In this document: positions 62,092 through 64,000 of the stretch, piece by piece
Layout: each line of letters starts with the position of its first letter
Position numbering within the stretch: the first letter of the stretch is position 1
Origin: Chthoniobacteraceae bacterium
Lineage (GTDB): Bacteria; Verrucomicrobiota; Verrucomicrobiia; Chthoniobacterales; Chthoniobacteraceae
Direction of reading: 5' to 3'
Length of the DNA: 64,000 nt
Assembly: GCA_037190965.1 (NCBI GenBank)
Contig: JBBCKI010000045.1
Coordinates: 24,960-88,959, forward strand
The notes under the pieces: model-generated
Database searches by the model: none
What the model was told of the DNA's origin: nothing
What the model saw: the letters and a program-made list of their open reading frames with translations, nothing else
Made by a program: the position numbers and the translations under genes

Positions 62092-63837
62092 CTATTCCAG
62101 GCACCGCCGCACGTCCCACCCGTGCCGCTCCAGGCATCGCACGGCTTCTTCGCGCTCCATCCCGCGCAGGGCGGAGACGAGGCGGATGGCGCGGTCCCGA
62201 AGTTTGGCGTTGGAAACCAAAACGCTCGCCATCAGATTGCCCCGGACTTTGCCCAGCCGCACCATGACGGCGGTGGAGAGGATATTGAGCGCGCACTTGG
62301 TGGCGGTGCCCGCCTTGAGCCGGGTGGAACCGGTGAGCAACTCCGGCCCGGAAGCCAGGTCGATCTCCACCTCCCACGAGACCGGCACCCCCCGCCGTCG
62401 TGCGGGGTTACAGGTCATCAGCATGGGGCGCGCCCCCAGTTTTCTCGCCTGCTCCAAAGCGCCGATGACGAAAGGCGTCCGCCCGCTGGCCGTGATCCCG
62501 CAAATGACATCGCCCGCGCGCACACCCCGCTCGATCACCGCCAGCGCTCCTACCTCCAGTTCATCCTCCGCGCCTTCCACGGCCCGGTAGAGTGCGGTCA
62601 CGCCACCTGCCATGATCGCCTGCACCCGCTCCGGCCCGACGCCGAAGGTGGGCGGGATTTCGCTGGCATCGAGCACCCCGAGGCGGCCGCTTGTCCCCGC
62701 TCCCACATAAAAAAGCCGCCCTCCCTTGCGAAGCGCGTCGCTGGTCAGTTCGATGGCGGCAATCAACGCAGGGCGGGCATATTGGAGGGCGTCGCTCACC
62801 CGTGCCTCTTCGGAGATGAAGAGGTCGACAATCTCCGGTGTGGGCATCTCATCCAACCCTGCGGAGCGGGGATTGATCTGCTCGGTGACCGCAATCGCAA
62901 GTTCCTCATCCATGTCCGGTTCCGGCAGCACTGCGGCGACGGCTTCGATCGGGGGAGGCGCATGCTCGGCGAGCCAAAGCGCCCCTGTGGCCCCGGAAGT
63001 GGTGCAGACGCTCACGCGAGCTTCCGGCAACAGGACCTTCGCCCGCCTCGAAAAAAGCGCCACATAAGCGGGATAATTCACGAACAAACCGCCCTGAAGC
63101 ATGATTTCCGGCGCGGCAAGCCCCAGTCGCCCGGCAACGGCGCAGGCCCCCTCGGCCAGTGCATATGCCCCTTTTTCAAGAACGGCTGCCATCTCCATGT
63201 CACCCTCGGCCGCCGCCTTGAAGACAACGGGAGCCAGCTTTGCCACCGACATCTTGTCCGCCGAAGCAGCCCAATTCACCAGTTCGTCCAGACGGTTGAG
63301 CCCCAGGGCCATCAACATCGCCTGCGCGGTCGGCCCGATATGGCGCGTCAAATCGAAATTCCAGAGCACATTCCGCAAAGCCTGCACGGCAAGATCGTAG
63401 CCGCTCCCCTTGTCGCCCAACAAATGCCCCCAGCCGCTCGCCTTCTCCTCACGGCCTCCCGGGCCACCCTGCCTTCCGGTAATGGCGGAACCTGTTCCCG
63501 CGATCACGGCCACCCCGTCGCCATCGCGAAACGCGGCGGCAAAGCCCGATTGGCGGTCGCTGCCCGCGATGATCTCCGCCTCCGGCCAAACGTTGCGGGT
63601 ACATCTCTCCAGTCTCAACCTGTCGGCCTGGGTCACGCAGCCCGCCAGAAAAATCCCGACGCGATCCGGCACAGGCAGCACGCGCAGAAGCCGCTCCAGC
63701 GCCTCGTCACTGATGAGACGAAGATTCGCCCCGGGAAGAGTGCCGCGCGCAGGAAAAGCCCCTGTCTCTGGCGCAAAAATCCACTCCGTCTTTGTTCCCC
63801 CGCCTTCGATACCGAGAATGCGTTTGTTCGCTTTCAT
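62092..63837 (-). CDS. murQ: Fusion of a BadF/BcrAD-type N-acetylhexosamine kinase and N-acetylmuramic acid 6-phosphate etherase
   Basis: N-terminal LGIEGGGTKT, IAGTGS, GWGHLLGDKGSG; C-terminal TEQINP, GAGTSGRLGVLDASE, EGAED, GSTRLKAGTA. Confidence 0.92.
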   Translation of the reverse strand: MKANKRILGIEGGGTKTEWIFAPETGAFPARGTLPGANLRLISDEALERLLRVLPVPDRVGIFLAGCVTQADRLRLERCTRNVWPEAEIIAGSDRQSGFAAAFRDGDGVAVIAGTGSAITGRQGGPGGREEKASGWGHLLGDKGSGYDLAVQALRNVLWNFDLTRHIGPTAQAMLMALGLNRLDELVNWAASADKMSVAKLAPVVFKAAAEGDMEMAAVLEKGAYALAEGACAVAGRLGLAAPEIMLQGGLFVNYPAYVALFSRRAKVLLPEARVSVCTTSGATGALWLAEHAPPPIEAVAAVLPEPDMDEELAIAVTEQINPRSAGLDEMPTPEIVDLFISEEARVSDALQYARPALIAAIELTSDALRKGGRLFYVGAGTSGRLGVLDASEIPPTFGVGPERVQAIMAGGVTALYRAVEGAEDELEVGALAVIERGVRAGDVICGITASGRTPFVIGALEQARKLGARPMLMTCNPARRRGVPVSWEVEIDLASGPELLTGSTRLKAGTATKCALNILSTAVMVRLGKVRGNLMASVLVSNAKLRDRAIRLVSALRGMEREEAVRCLERHGWDVRRCLE

Positions 63838-63982
63838 CCGTCGAAAACCGCCTCCTTGCAGTCTGCCCCCGATTTGCCCCCACGGCAAGGGGTTCGCTCC
63901 GGACTATTTTCTCGCGCCAAGGCGCCAAACCCGCCAAGAGCGGAGTTTCCATTGATTCTCAGACCCGAAGGGTTTGCTAGAA

Positions 63983-64000
63983 GGTAGCCCGCTCGCGCCG
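63983..64000 (+). repeat. GTAG-type REP core truncated by the window edge
   Basis: GGTAGCCCGCTCGCGCCG. Confidence 0.65.

Overview
A GC-rich, gene-dense bacterial chromosome segment with about 57 CDS, probably from Verrucomicrobiota (Spartobacteria/Chthoniobacterales-like). That placement is an inference from the PEP-CTERM autotransporter-repeat protein, orphan prepilin genes, many Gfo/Idh/MocA genes and the RpiB-GlyA fusion. Housekeeping genes: tyrA-aroA-cmk-plsC, hppA, ald, hisS-aspS, lysS, infC, fba, uppP, glnB, rdgB, trhO. Accessory blocks: a LacI-linked sugar catabolism locus, a NikR-led nickel uptake operon (ECF transporter plus TonB-dependent receptor), a wzm-wzt/glycosyltransferase surface-polysaccharide operon and an interrupted O-acyltransferase in a lower-GC islet. 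I found no rRNA, tRNA, CRISPR array or transposase. Main observations: (1) one ORF fusing a low-molecular-weight protein phosphatase, RpiB and SHMT, divergent from (2) a membrane protein that looks like a degenerate ECF sigma factor fused to its own anti-sigma factor; (3) a GTGTTAC-N13-GTAACAC NikR box that is also a terminator-like hairpin; (4) infC starting at a non-canonical ATC behind a structured leader; (5) a sugar kinase-MurQ fusion; (6) two dispersed non-coding repeat families, a GTAG-REP-containing ~134 bp repeat and a fold-back MITE-like element seen as full, internally deleted and solo-end copies. All calls come from motif recognition by eye; no database searches were run.
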